NCBI RefSeq assembly: GCF_964213995.1
Contig: NW_027590138.1
Location: 1-64,000 of the forward strand
Source of the DNA: Mustelus asterias
Lineage: Eukaryota
Length of the DNA stretch: 64,000 bases
Reading direction: 5' to 3'
Shown here: positions 50,205-63,449 of the stretch, one piece after another
Position numbering within the stretch: position 1 is the stretch's first letter
How the letters are laid out: the number at the start of each line of letters is the position of its first letter
Notes under the pieces: model-generated
Told to the model about the DNA's origin: nothing
Databases searched by the model: none
What the model saw: the letters and a program-made list of their open reading frames with translations, nothing else
Translations under genes and position numbers: made by a program

Positions 50205-50508
50205 GTCTCACAGCTTGCCTCCTGGACTTGCAGAATCTCACTGGCTGTCCTGTCTGGAGACAATACACATCTCTTTAACCTGTGCTTAATACTCCCTCCA
50301 CTCACATTGTCTGTATCTTTAAGACCTGGTTGGCTGTAGGGATTCGCATTCTAATCAGTATTCTGTAACTTGATTTTGTCTCTCTGTGCCCTGTTTGAGA
50401 GCACATTTCCACTCCATCTGATGAAGGAGTAGTACTCTGAAAGCAAATGGCATTTGCTGCCAAATAAACCTGTTGGACTTTAACCTGGTGTTGTTAAAAC
50501 TCTTACTG
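50205..50508 (+). mobile_element. Penelope-type family A pLTR with a hammerhead variant (50414-50450)
   Basis: CCAU-CUGAUGA-AGGAGU-AGU-ACUCU-GAAA-GCAA-AUGG; stems covary, triplet mutated. Confidence 0.8.
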
Positions 50509-53029
50509 CAGTCACTACAAAAACCAGCAAGTAGTTTCTTTAACCAAAATATACTGATAGTCACCTGCCCCAATGAGAACTCTAAAAGGTCGACACATCA
50601 ATGAGACATTTGAAACAATGAACCCAAATGTTAACCATTGGGATTTGACACCATAAACTTGCTTATTTCAAATAAGTGACAAAGAAGATATCTTTAGGTC
50701 TCCATTATCTCAGTATAAAGCCATAAAATTTAATAAAATCACAGAAAAGGCATATGGGGCAAACTCCGTAAGTAACTGATACATTAGAGGGCCAGTCGGG
50801 AGATTGCAGGAAATGGTCAGGAGATGACCATCACCATTAAGAAACCAATCAGAAACTGATTACACACCATCTAAATCAATCAGGGACTGATCATGGTGAA
50901 CCAGAGTTCAGGAACACCATTCATCGTGCACAGGGGCTGTGTCTAGAAATGGTTAATAACCATCAGCTTTCAGCTGCCCAGTTCACACCTCAGAGAAGCT
51001 GAGCAGGAAGAAGATAGACAACAATCAACAGAACAAGAAACAGTGCCGCAGTCGGCTGGAAGTTGTGCGCCAGAGTTACAAAGTGAACTGACTGCTTCCA
51101 CTGCCTTTGTTAAGTTTTGCATTTTGTACTTGTGATTAACTTAGTAAATTCTGTAAAGCTTGGAACAATATTTGCACCCAGTATGGTCCTGTAGCTAGTT
51201 GTAAATGAAAGTCCCTTTTAGATCAGCTCTCCCAACTAAACCCAACAACTGTAATTGACTCTAAGTCTTACATTTAAGTTGAGGTGAACCCACGTCTTTC
51301 AGAAAATCTCTGCCAACTTTGGCACAAGCCCCCAGCTGTTAGCCAGGAATTCTTTGCAGGATTAACTTGGGAACAGTGTGCTTTTATCATTTCTGGAACC
51401 TAGGTCAATGTGGGGTGGTCAGTCTGGTTTTATCATTGACTCTTCTGTAGCAATTTGACAACTGAATAGCTTGCTCAGGATAGAGAGCTCTGAATCTATT
51501 GTATTACCTCTGTTCTGCAGAACAAGTAACTATACTCTGTCTATTATTGCAGTGCTGTAATAAAGTCAGTTAAAGACAATCGGTTGTTGGGAGTTTGATT
51601 ATCTGATGTATGAAACCACAAGATTCAATATTTAGAGTCAACAAGATGAACAAGGAAACACATCAGGGCCCAAAACTCCAGCTGGATATTCACAGGAGAA
51701 AGTCTGTTACCCAACATCTTGAGTGGACAGAACAGAGAAAGGTCCCAACTGTAAGAAACCCTCCAAACATTTGTAAATATATTTCAAATGTTGACAGGTC
51801 CCAACTCCCAGTTTCCATTAAATTGAAATCAATGAAAGATCTGAGACAGACAGTTGGGTTGAAAGCAGTGCGGGGCCCACATGGACTGAGAAACCAAATC
51901 CAGGGACCACTTACACCGAGACACCAAATCCAGGCAGCATTTGCGCTTTGAAGTTGATTTATCAGGTAGAAGTTGTTTGCAATAAATCCCCAATTTTAAA
52001 TTAAATCTACAAGATTTAACTATCTGGCCAGAATGAACATTCTAATTGGTAAATTCAGATGATTTATTAACCATTAAAAGGTAGAAAGGTAACAAGTTAG
52101 AAAGATAAAAAGCAAAGTTTGAATTAACAGTGATTGACAGGAGGAGGAGAAAGCTCATCTTGAACAATGAAACAGACTTCTCACAACTTTCCTCGGTTGA
52201 TCAGGCCAAAGACGCGAAATGATCATCAGACATGATACATGTTAACAGAATGGCTACTCAAAACCTTTATTTTAACCCCTTCAACTCACATTTGCTTAAC
52301 TCAAATTAGCCTCAGTGTTGAATGATAATTGATTAACTTAATTGTCTGATTGGCCCCTGACACCTACTGGCATCTCCTGATGTCTGAGTACAAAGGTCTA
52401 CTGAATAAATGAGACAGCTTGGGTAAGGTCCCATTTATTCCCAACTTAATGTAACTTGTCAAAGCCATAAATGTTTTGTGAGCTCGACCTTATCTTTCTA
52501 GATTGGCTGGAAAACATAATTTGACAGTTCTCATGATTTATGACCAGTGTACGTAAAATCATATTATTTATTATAATAAAACATTACAGACTTTGTGTTA
52601 CAGGTTATATTACCAGTCTGACAAGTACAACTATTAAGTGCTGATTCTTCAATTGTCTCAGAATGAAGGTTCTTCACTTCACCAATATGAGGATGTTAAC
52701 CCGAGGGTCCCGTCTGCTCTCTGAGGTGAAAGATCACACGGCTTCTATTTGGAAGGAGAGGAGGGAGCTCACCCTGCTGAAACCAATATTACCCCTCACC
52801 CAATCTCCCTAAAAACAGATCACTGCCCCTCATCACATTGCTGCTTGTGGAGGCTGACTGCGCACAGAGATGTCCTGAGGTTGTGAAAGGTGCTATATGA
52901 ATGCAAATTCTGTCGACTCCAGCCCAGTTACTGTACTTTGCAGCAACATCATCAACACTTCCCCAATGTCAGAATGAACAAGGTTCAGTCCTGAATCTGA
53001 TTAACAACAGCAGAATCAGAGCAGAGCCG

Positions 53030-53899
53030 TCATCTGTGAACTCGCTGGTGTTTCACCAGATTGGATGATTCGGTAAATCTCTTCCCGCACTCGGAGCAGG
53101 TGAATGGCCTCTCCCCAGTGTGAATGCGCTGGTGTGTCAGCAGGTGGGATGATCGTGCAAATCCCTTTCCACACTCAGAACAGGTGAACGGCCTCACCTC
53201 AGTGTGAATTTGTTGATGTGTCAGCAGGTTGGAGGACTGACTGAATCCCTTCCCACACTTGGAGCAGATGAACGGCTTCTCCCCAGTGTGAACTCGCTGG
53301 TGTACAGTGAGATGAGATGATCGTCTGAACCCAGTCCCACAGTGAGAGCACTGGAACGGTCTCTCCTCAGTGTGAACAAGCTGATGGGACATCAGTTCAC
53401 CAGAACTTTTAAAGCACTTCCCGCACTCTGGACATTTGAAAGGTCTCTTGTCAGTGTGAACTCGTTGGTGTGTCTGAAGGTGGGTTGCTGTCCTGAAACT
53501 CTTCCCACACTTAGAGCAGTTGAACAGTGTGTACTCGGTGTGAATGCGCTGGTGCTCCCTCAGTCCATGTGGGCTTTTAAAGCTCTTCTCACAATTGGAG
53601 CATTGAAACTCTCTCTTGTCAGTGTGAACTTGCTGGTGTTTCAGCAGGTGGGATGAGCGAGTGAATCCGTTTCCACACACCGAGCAGGTGAACGGCCTCT
53701 CCCCGGTGTGGAGTCGCTCATGCAGCTGAAGGCAGATGAACTGAGCGAATCTCTTTCCACATACGGAACAAATGAACGGCCTCTCCCCGGTGTGTCTGCG
53801 TCGATGAATTTCCAGCTCAGATGGGGATCTGAATCCCTTCCCACAATCCACACATTTCCACCGTTTCTCCCTGGCGTGAACGGTGCTTTTTGCTTCCAT
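53030..53899 (-). CDS. C2H2 zinc-finger protein, 10 fingers, MEGKSTVH-like class (ZNF-G)
   Basis: AACATGG start at 53899 (MEAKSTVH); acceptor TTTTACAG at 54004. Confidence 0.9.
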   Translation of the reverse strand: MEAKSTVHAREKRWKCVDCGKGFRSPSELEIHRRRHTGERPFICSVCGKRFAQFICLQLHERLHTGERPFTCSVCGNGFTRSSHLLKHQQVHTDKREFQCSNCEKSFKSPHGLREHQRIHTEYTLFNCSKCGKSFRTATHLQTHQRVHTDKRPFKCPECGKCFKSSGELMSHQLVHTEERPFQCSHCGTGFRRSSHLTVHQRVHTGEKPFICSKCGKGFSQSSNLLTHQQIHTEVRPFTCSECGKGFARSSHLLTHQRIHTGERPFTCSECGKRFTESSNLVKHQRVHR

Positions 53900-54389
53900 G
53901 TTCAAAGGCCGATGATATTCAAATCCTGATGAATCGAGTGACTCCGTCAGATTTTGATGTGATGTTTGGTTTGACTTTCCTGATCGTGAACCTTTCAAAT
54001 ATTCTGTAAAATGAATTTAAGACAGAATCAAGGAAATATAAAAGAGAACCCAGAAAAACACATAGGCAGGTTGTGAAATTGAGCTAAATTAATCTTGTAA
54101 TTTGTGGGGCCAGCGCTAGGAAAAAGTGACCCTGAAAACTGCTGGTTTCTCATAAAAACCCAACTGGTTCACTAATGTTCTTTAGGGAAGGGAACCTGGC
54201 GCCCAGTCGGGGCTTACACAAGGCTCTGGCTTCCATGGGAGGAGAGAGAGAGGTGAAGGAGAGGGTAAAAAAGATGAACTTCATAGATCTGCAACTGAAT
54301 TTGAATTTTGAAAGAATCTCCCAAACCCATAACTCCACCCACAGAAAGATAAGAGCAGCTGATGCCTGGAAAAACCATCACCTCCAAGA

Positions 54390-54630
54390 CACACACCAGC
54401 GAGTTCAGACTGGGGAGAGACCAGACTCCTGCTCCACATGTGAGAAAGATACAATCGATCATCCAATCAGCTGACACACCAGCGAGTTCAGCAGTGATTA
54501 CTGAGATTGGATTCTGCTGCTGTTAATGACATCCAAGACTGAACTCTGTTCATTCTGATAGTTTGGGTTTGTTTCTGTTGATGTTTATAATCTCTATAAC
54601 TGGACTGGATGTTTAATATTCTGGAACTTG
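54390..54630 (+). pseudogene. Remnant last finger and 3' UTR of a plus-strand ZNF
   Basis: CACACCAGCGAGTTCAGACTGGGGAGAGACCA; TTGGATTCTGCTG...ACATCCAAGACTG matches ZNF 3' UTRs at ~4790 and ~47598. Confidence 0.65.
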
Positions 54631-54715
54631 GCTTGTTTTACCTTGTGACCCTTACTCTTCTAATAAAGTATCTTTCTTTGGTCTGTAGCAAATAGTGATT
54701 TACTTGTAATTTTTT

Positions 54716-55375
<660 letters not shown>

Positions 55376-55579
55376 CTGTGACACTGAATTTAAAAGAAAA
55401 AAAAGTGAGAGAGAACCCACAAAAACACAAAGACAGGTTGTGAAATTGAGCTGAATGAATCTGGTCATTTCTGGGGCCGGCTCCAGGAAAAAGTGACCAT
55501 GAAAATTCTGGAGTGTCATAAACACCCAAGTGATTCACTGATGTCCTGCAGGGAAGGGATTGAATGTCACCCATTCAAT

Positions 55580-56600
55580 AGGATCATGGCTGATCTGACA
55601 TTCCTCATGTCCACTTTCTTGCCCTTTTCCCGTAACCCTTGATTTCCTTACTGTTCAAAAATATACACAAGGGCTTTGCCCCCACAGCTCTCTGCGGCAA
55701 GGAGTTGCAAAGACTCTCAACCCTCTGGGAGAAGAAATTGCTCCTGATCTCAGTCTTAAATTGGCACCTTTTATTCTGAGACTGTGCCCTCTGGTCCCAG
55801 ACTCTCCCATGAGAGGAAACATCCACTCAGCATTTACCTTGTCAAGTCCCTTAAGAATCCAATATGCTTCAATGAGATCACCCCTCATTCTTCTAAATTC
55901 CAATGAGGAGAGGCCCAACCTGTTTAACCTTTCCTCATAAAACAATCCCTCCATAACGGGGATAATCCAAGTGAATCTACTGTGAACTGCCTCCAATGAA
56001 ATAATATTTTTCCTGAAATAAGGAGACCAAAACTGCTCACAGTCCTCCAGATATGGTCTCGTCAGTACCTTGTACAGTTGCAGCAAGACTTCCCTACTCA
56101 TATACTCCAACCACGGTGGCACTGCAGTTAGCACTGCTGCTTCACAGCGCCAGAGACTCGGGTTCAATTCCTGGCTTGGGTCACTGTCTGTGTGGAGTTT
56201 GCACATTCTCCCCGGTTCTGCGTGGGTTTCCTCCGGGTGCTCCGGTTTCCTCCCACAGTCCAAAGATGTGCAGGTTAGGTGAACTGGTCATGCTAAATTC
56301 TCCCTCAGTGTACCTGAACAGGCGCCGGAGTGTGGCGACTAGTGGATTTTCACAGTAACATCATTGCATTGTTAATGTAAGCCTACCTGTGACAAATAAA
56401 TAAACTTTACTTTACTTGAAATAAGGGCCAACATTCTATTAGGCTTCCTGATTACCAACTGCACCTGTGTGCTGGGTTTCTGTGTTTTGTGCAGAAGTCC
56501 CCCAAGTCCTGTTGTGTTGCAGCTTTACAGTCTTTTCCCCATTTAAATAATACTCCCCTGCTCTCCCTTCCAAAATGAACTGTTTCACATTTTCCCACAT
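55580..56600 (-). mobile_element. CR1 3' portion interrupted by a plus-strand HE1-like SINE (56113-56416)
   Basis: LLQLYKVLTRPYLEDCEQFWSP peptide; SINE with A/B boxes and the alternative tail. Confidence 0.85.
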
Positions 56601-56814
56601 TATCATAGAGTCCCTAACAGTGCAGAAGGAGGACATTCAACCCATGAGTCGCACCAATTCTCTCACATAGTATCTTACCCAGAGCCTCTCTCCCACCCTA
56701 TCCCCATACCCTCACACATTTACCATGGCTAATCCATCTAACCTACATGTCTTGGGACACTAAGGGGAAATGGCCAACCCACTTAATCTGCACATCTCTG
56801 GACTGTGGGAGAAA

Positions 56815-57351
56815 CAGTAAGAAGTCTCACAACACCAGGTTAAAGTCCAACAGGTTTATTTGGTAGCAAATACCATAAGCTTTTGGAGCACAGCTCCTTC
56901 GTCAGATGGAGTGGATATCTGTTATCAAACAGTGCAAACAGACACAGAAATCAAATTACAGAATACTGATTAGAATGCAAATCTCTACAGCCAGCCAGGT
57001 CTTAAATGTACAGACAATGTGGGTGGAGGGAGCATTCAACACAGGTTAAAGAGATGTGTATTGTCTCCAGACAGAACAGCTAGTGAAATTCTGCAAGTCC
57101 AGGAGGCAAGCTGTGGGGGTTACTGATAATGTGACATAAATCCAACATCCCGGTTTAGGCCGTCCTCATGTGTGCGGAACTTGGCTATCAGTTTCTGCTC
57201 AGCGACTCTGCGCTGTCGTGTGTCGTGAAGGCCGCCTTGGAGAACGCTTACCTGAAGATCCAAGGCTGAATGCCCGTGACTGCTGAAGTGCTCCCCCACA
57301 GGAAGAGAACAGTCTTGCCTTGTGATTGTCGAGCGGTGTTCATTCATCCGT
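56815..57351 (-). mobile_element. 5'-truncated Penelope-like element: GIY-YIG endonuclease C-terminus and pLTR with hammerhead (56873-56909)
   Basis: QRMNEHRSTI...PVGEHFSSHGH...RRVAEQKLIAKFRTHEDGLNRD; inserted in a SINE with TSD TGTGGGAGAAA (56804-56814, 57352-57362). Confidence 0.88.
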
Positions 57352-58020
57352 TGTGGGAGAAAACCAGAGCACCTGGAGGAAACCCACACAGACATGGAGG
57401 AAAGCTGCTGGATTATCATAAAAACCCAAGGGGTATGCTGATGTCTGTCAAGAAAGGAAATCTGGCACCTGGTCTAGAGTGGAGACAGAGAGAAGTAGAA
57501 GGGGCCGGGGTGAAGGAGAGGGATTTTATACATCTAGAACTCAATGAGAACTTTGACAGAATCTCCCAAATCCTCAACCTCCACCACCTAGAAGGACCGA
57601 GGTAGTAGGTAGATGTGAACGCCATCACCTCCAAGATCCCTCCCCCCCCCCAACTCACACACAATCCTGACTTGTCTGACATCCAGTACTAAAAGAACTG
57701 AAACTTCTTTCATATAAACACTGGGAAGACTGAACCCATTGTCTTCAGTCCCCACTACAAACTCCACTCCCTCGCCAGCAACTCTATCTTCCTGGTAACT
57801 GTCTGAGGCTGAACCAAACTGTTCACAACCATGGTGAAATATTTCACCCCAAGATGAGCTTCCAACCACATTGCCACATCATCATCAAAACCGCCTATTC
57901 CCATCTCAGTGATATCGCCCGACTCCACCCCAGTCTCACTTCATCTGGAACTCTCAACCATTCCAATGTGACGTGGAACTCAAGGGAATGGAACTGACCA
58001 AATTGCTCCACAGAGAGTTC

Positions 58021-58190
58021 AGTAAGTCTCACAACACTAGGTTAAAGTCCAACAGGTTTATGTGGAATCACGAGCTTTTGGAGCACTGCTCCTTCCTCAG
58101 GTCACTCATCTGATGGACTTTAACCTGGTGTTGTGAGACTTCTTACTATGCCCAACCCAGTCCAATGCCGGCATCTCCACATCATGGCTA
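58021..58190. mobile_element. Palindromic family A short element
   Basis: AGTCTCACAACACTAGGTTAAAGTCCA...TGGACTTTAACCTGGTGTTGTGAGACT inverted arms; decayed hammerhead on minus. Confidence 0.78.
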
Positions 58191-58649
58191 CCATGGAGAG
58201 TTAGCATGGATTTAAGTTGCCAAATGCATTTCCTTCTATGTTGTAATCTCTGCATCACTGGAAATTGATAAAGCAGCCACACTGCTGTATATTTCAAGAC
58301 AAAAAATATGGGATCATAAATAACATATCTCTCTCCCATACAAATTTACTGTTGATTTAAATGTTAGCCCTCTTCTGGGAAAACTGAATTGTGAACATTG
58401 GGTAAGAGGCTACCCTATTAGCCAGATAAACTGAGGGAACTAAAAGATGTCAATGTCTTTGAGAGAGAAACAAAAATATACCTGGGCCTCGTCCTGTTCC
58501 TGAATCCGGTCTTCATCTGTAACCTTTCCAGAGTCTGCAGCCTCCCTGGATTCACTTCCTTTCCCATCAGTTGCTGCAAGTCCCCAATTTCCCCCAGAAT
58601 GAGAAAAGAAATGGAAAGGGGGAAACATTGATTTCCTCCCAGATGTTGC

Positions 58650-59185
58650 CCAGAGGAGAGAGTTTGGACAACTTCCGCATTGTGACGTCCATAATAGAGC
58701 TCTGCCTAAATCAGCCAATAGGAATCATTCTGCTCCGCGATGACGTCTCCGGTGCGCAGGCCCGGGCGCGCGGACCCGGGAGCCCCGCCCCCACCCATTG
58801 TTCCCCCTCCCCCTCCACCTCTTCCAGCCACGGTTTCCAGGCAACCGGCTGACGGCTCCGGCCAGAGCGAGAAGCCGCGTATTGATCGCCCCCTCCCTCG
58901 GCCCGGGACTGCGCATGTCCAAGGGAGAGGGGAAGATGTGCATGTGCGGGGGGGAGCCAACCTTTTGACCTGCTGCTGAGGTGTTGGCCAATGGAAAGTT
59001 GGAGGACCGGACGTTCTCTGGTCCTCCAGCCAATCAGAGCTCCCCCATTGTCTGAATGCGGAAGTGGACAATGAGCTTGTTCGGCTGTTCATTCCTGCCC
59101 AGCAAAGCTGCTGCTGCTCTCACTCTGAATGAAGATTGATCTTCAGACAGACTAAAACTTCCTTCTGTCTTCAACATCTGTGAGT
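58650..59185. promoter_or_regulatory. Putative bidirectional CpG promoter between ZNF-G/H (minus) and ZNF-I (plus)
   Basis: ACTTCCG, TGACGTC x2, CCAAT x3, GC box, TGCGCATG, CGGAAGTG; donor CT|GTGAGT at ~59179; paralogue of 1590-2050. Confidence 0.72.
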
Positions 59186-59786
59186 AAAACACTTTCTTTT
59201 CTCTCCCTTTCCAGTTCTTTTCTCATTCTGGGGGAAATTGGGGACTTGCAGCAACTGAAGGGAAACGGAGTGAATCCAGGGAGGCTGCAGACTCTGGAAA
59301 GGTTGGCCCAGGTTTCTCTTTCTCTTAAAGACATTGACATCCTTTGCTCCCTCAGCTTGACTCATTGATTTGTCTGGCTAAAAGGTCCCTTTCCTAATGT
59401 TCACAATTAAAGGGCTGGTTTCCCCAGGTGATGGCTGGCATTTAAAAGGACAATAAATTAATATAGGACAGAGATATGCCTTGTGTTGTTATATTGTAGA
59501 TTTGGTATAATATTTATGGTTCTGTAACAAAGTACGTTTATTATTAATTCTCGTTTTATAATGTAGCACTGAAGCTATGTTATATATTTTCACTCATTGA
59601 GTCATTACGGCGCAGAAGGAGTCCATTCAGTAACTCGAATCCATGCCGACTCTCTGTAGAACAATCCAGTCAGTCCCATTCCCTTTCTATATTCCCTTTC
59701 CCCTGCAACTTTATTTCCTTCATGTGCCCATCTAATTTCTGAAATATATTAAAGGGGACAGTAAACTAATATCGGACAGAGACGTG

Positions 59787-60984
59787 TCTGATGTTTTTTT
59801 TATTCATCCTTGGGACACGGGCATTGCAGGCTGGGCCAGCATTTATTGCCCATCCCTAATTGCCCTTGAACTGAATGGCTCGTGTCGTGGTTCCCCAGGA
59901 CGACAATTTATTCACATCGATTAAAACAGAGAGTCTGAGCAGTGATCTTTCAAGCAATAGACTTTATTTCGCAGCACAAGCAGAATAAAGTCGGGATCTC
60001 CGGAGCAATCCAAAGAGCCCTCAGGCTTTCAGTCTTTAAATACATTTCAGCTTCATATCTCAGGATTCTTATCTCACTTTTACATCCTGTCCTTGTTTCT
60101 TATCTTACTTTACAGCCTGACCTTGTTTCTTTGGCCACCATTGTTTTTAGTTGACCCTTTATCCGTTTTATTCGCGATTTGTCGCTCCCTGTTACATTTC
60201 TTTGTTTCTTAAACCATGGTGGTTATATCTCTGCCCTTACCTCAACTGTCTGCTTGCACAATAATCGTAGTTTTTGCTGACTTAGGCCGAATGTGTTAGA
60301 AAAAAACATCCTCTTTGCTGACTTAGGCCGAATGTGTTAGAAAAGACATCCTCTTTGCTGACTTTTATGGTCCAACATTAAGTTAGACCACTGAGCAGTA
60401 TTCATTGTTTTCTTAAGTGACTATTGTCTGCTTTTGCTAATCAGTGACTGCCATTTACTTCCCTGTTTCCTCTGCCTTGAGCATGTCATCTATACTTGAT
60501 CACATTAGGTCACACGAAGTTACTTTAGGTTACATTGGTTACATACCCATCTCACTACTCACCTAAATCTGCTTTATCACTTCACTAAGACCTAAATCTA
60601 CTTTATCATTTCACTAAGACCTATGAATCTGAATTCCATACTAAACTCATACAATATCCAGTACAATTTCCCTTACACTCGCTCGGCCATTTCAGAAGCT
60701 GTTTGAGAGTCAACCACATTGCTGTGGCTCTGGAGTCACATGTAGGCCAGACTGGGTAAGGATGGCAGATTTCCTTCCCTAAAGCACATTAATGAACCAG
60801 ATGGGTTTTTTGGTCAATCGACAATGGTTTCATGGTCATCAGTAGATTCTTAATTCTAGATTTTGTATTTAAATTCAAATTCCACCATCTGCTGTGGCAG
60901 GGTTCAAACCTGGGTCCCCAGAACATCAGCTGAGTTTCTGGATTAATAGTCTAGCGATAATACCACGAGGCTATCCGCTCCCCT
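59787..60984 (-). mobile_element. Second-family tRNA SINE split by a solo LTR
   Basis: Tail at 59787-59882 and body/head at 60678-60984 match the reverse complement of 48257-48612. Confidence 0.8.
59883..60677 (-). mobile_element. Solo LTR, 795 bp
   Basis: TG...CA termini; 4-bp TSD CTCG (59879-59882, 60678-60681); AATAAA and a TATTTAAA box on minus; U3-like direct repeats at ~60272-60362 and ~60561-60623. Confidence 0.82.
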
Positions 60985-62283
60985 GTTGTTATATGGTACA
61001 GATTCGATATATTATTTATAGCTCTGTAATAAAATACACTTATTATATCTGGCTGTGTAATTTTGGACTGCAGTTATATTATATATTTCCAACAATCTCT
61101 TCCCTCAGAGAATTGTTAGTGTCTAGACTTCTCTTCCATAGGGACCAGTGGAGGGATTGAATATATTCAAGGATGAGTTAGACAGTTTTTGAATGACAAG
61201 GGAGTCAATAATTATTGGGAACAGGCTGGAAAATGGAGAGAAAGCTCAGATGAGGAAGGATTTCTTCACTCAAGGACGTGGTGATGTTTTGGATTCTCTA
61301 CCCCAGAGGACTACAGAGCCTCAGTCATCAAGAATTTTCAAGAGAGGGATTGATAGGTTTCTGGATATTGAAGATATCGATGGATATGGGGGACAGTGTG
61401 GGGAAAATAATGCAGAGGTTGATCAACCAATAATCTGAATGAATGGTTGAGCAGACTCGATGGGCCGAATGCTGACTGCAGCTCCTATTTGTTCTGATTT
61501 CTGTGCTGGACAGGAAGCAGTGAGCATGGATCTGTCAATCAGCCTCAATCAGCACCTTCAGGAGAATTGGGAGGGTGAATATTAGATACAGAAGAGTGAG
61601 AATGGAGGGAGAGTGTGTGGGATGGAGATTTACGGCTTTTGGGGAATGAGAGAGGAAAGAATGTTCATTAGAATCATGGAATTGCTGCATCTTATCAACC
61701 GTCCCTGAGCTTTCACAATGAATCCCACTTCTGAGGACACCCTTATCTCTGACTTGTCTGTACTGCCGGCAGTCTCACAAAGCAGCTGCCTGTGTGCTGA
61801 TACGGGAGGCCCTGCTCGGCAAGTTTAATGCTCCATGACTGTGTATTTAATGAATGCTCCATAGAAACTAGAAATGTCGATTTGAATTTCGATCGTATTC
61901 TGAATTACGATGTTTTTTCTAAATTGACTTACAGGATATTAGACAAGGAGAAATCAGACAGAAATCTCCAACATCACATCGAGATCTGACAGAGTGACTC
62001 GACTTCTTGGGAACTGAATATCATTGGCCTTTGAATCTAGCAGGAGAAATGTTTGTTTGGCCTCTTGGCTTCAAAAGATTGTAAACATCACTGTGACTAG
62101 GAATGCACTGAGATACACACACCCGAGTGAGAGTGTTCCAGTGCACTGAGTGTGGAAAGAGCTTTAACCAGTTACACAGCCTGAAAATACATCGCAGCAT
62201 TCACAGCGGGAGAGACTGTACCCGTGTTCTGTGTGAGATTTAACTGATTGTTTAACCTGGAGAGTCACAAGGACACCCGCACC

Positions 62284-63015
62284 ATGGAGAAACCGTGGAA
62301 ATGTGGGGACTGTGGAAAGGGATTCAGATACCCATCTGTACTGGAAATTCATAAACGCAGTCACACTGGGGAGAGGCCGTTCACCTGCTCTGTGTGTGGG
62401 AAGGGATTCACTCATTCATCCCACCTGCGCAGACACAATCTCACTCACACCAATGAGAGACCGTTTAAATGCACTGACTGTGGGAGCGGATTCAGAAGCT
62501 CTCAGGATCTGGTGTCCCACCAGCGCACTCACACTGAGGAGAGACCGTTCAGCTGCTCTCACTGCTCAAAGAGGTTTAAATGGTCATCCACCCTGCGGGT
62601 ACACCAGCGAGTTCACACTGGGGAGAATCCATTCACCTGCTCGGTGTGTGGGAAGGGATTCACTCAGTCATTCCACCTGTGCAGACACAATCTCACTCAC
62701 AGCAATGAGAGACCGTTTAAATGCTCTGACTGTGGGAGCGGATTCAGAAGCTCTCAGGATCTGGTGTCCCACCAGCGCATTCACACTGAGGAGAGACCAT
62801 TCAGCTGCTCTCACTGCACAAAGAGGTTTAAATGGTCATCCAGCCTGCGGGTACACCAGCGAGTTCACACTGGGGAGAGACCATTCCCCTGCTGTGTGTG
62901 TGGGAAGGGATTCACTGCTTCATCCAGCCTGCTGAAACACAAAGCCACTCACTCCAAGGAGAGCCCCTTTAATGCTCTGCCCGAGAGGCCGGCTTCAGAA
63001 GCTCTCAGGAACTGA
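62284..63015 (+). CDS. C2H2 zinc-finger protein, 8 intact fingers, 3'-truncated by a frameshift, MEKPWKC class (ZNF-I)
   Basis: CACCATGG start at 62284; fingers 2-4 duplicated as 5-7; frameshift at ~62967; acceptor TTACAG at 61934. Confidence 0.82.
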   Translation: MEKPWKCGDCGKGFRYPSVLEIHKRSHTGERPFTCSVCGKGFTHSSHLRRHNLTHTNERPFKCTDCGSGFRSSQDLVSHQRTHTEERPFSCSHCSKRFKWSSTLRVHQRVHTGENPFTCSVCGKGFTQSFHLCRHNLTHSNERPFKCSDCGSGFRSSQDLVSHQRIHTEERPFSCSHCTKRFKWSSSLRVHQRVHTGERPFPCCVCGKGFTASSSLLKHKATHSKESPFNALPERPASEALRN

Positions 63016-63365
63016 TGATCCCCGAGCACATTCACACCGGGGAGAGGCCGTTCAGCTGCTCTCACTGTTCAAGGAGGTTTAGAATATCACCAACACTGCT
63101 GAAACACCAGTGAGTTCACACCGGGGAGAAACCATTCACCTGCTCGGTGTGTGCGAAAGGATTTACTCAGTTATCCAGCCTGCCCAGACACAACATCATC
63201 ACACCCAGGAGAGACCCTTTAAATGTGGGCGTAGCTTCAAAAGCTCTCGGGAACTAATGTCCCACCAGTGAGTTCACACCAGGCAGAGGCTGGTCACCTG
63301 CTCTGACTGGGAAGGGATTCACTCAGTCAGCAAACTTGGTGAAACACCAGTGAGTTCAGAAGTGA
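62960..63365 (+). pseudogene. Decayed distal zinc fingers of ZNF-I
   Basis: About 5 finger remnants with indels and CAG TGA stops at 63111, 63269 and 63351. Confidence 0.8.
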
Positions 63366-63449
63366 TGACAGTTCTGGGATTATTCTTGTGAATCTTTCTT
63401 GCCCCTTCTCCAGTGCCTCTATTTCCTTTTTCTAAATGGAGATCACAAA

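Noticed and set aside
49851-52600. Possible LTR-like segments (also 9100-10275 and 10540-11080)
   Set aside because: Composition is suggestive, but I could not define paired TG/CA ends with a TSD
58322-59478. MITE or DNA transposon carrying a promoter between terminal inverted repeats
   Set aside because: The arms fade gradually outward, have no defined ends or TSD, and include a splice donor; paralogous intron 1 explains them better
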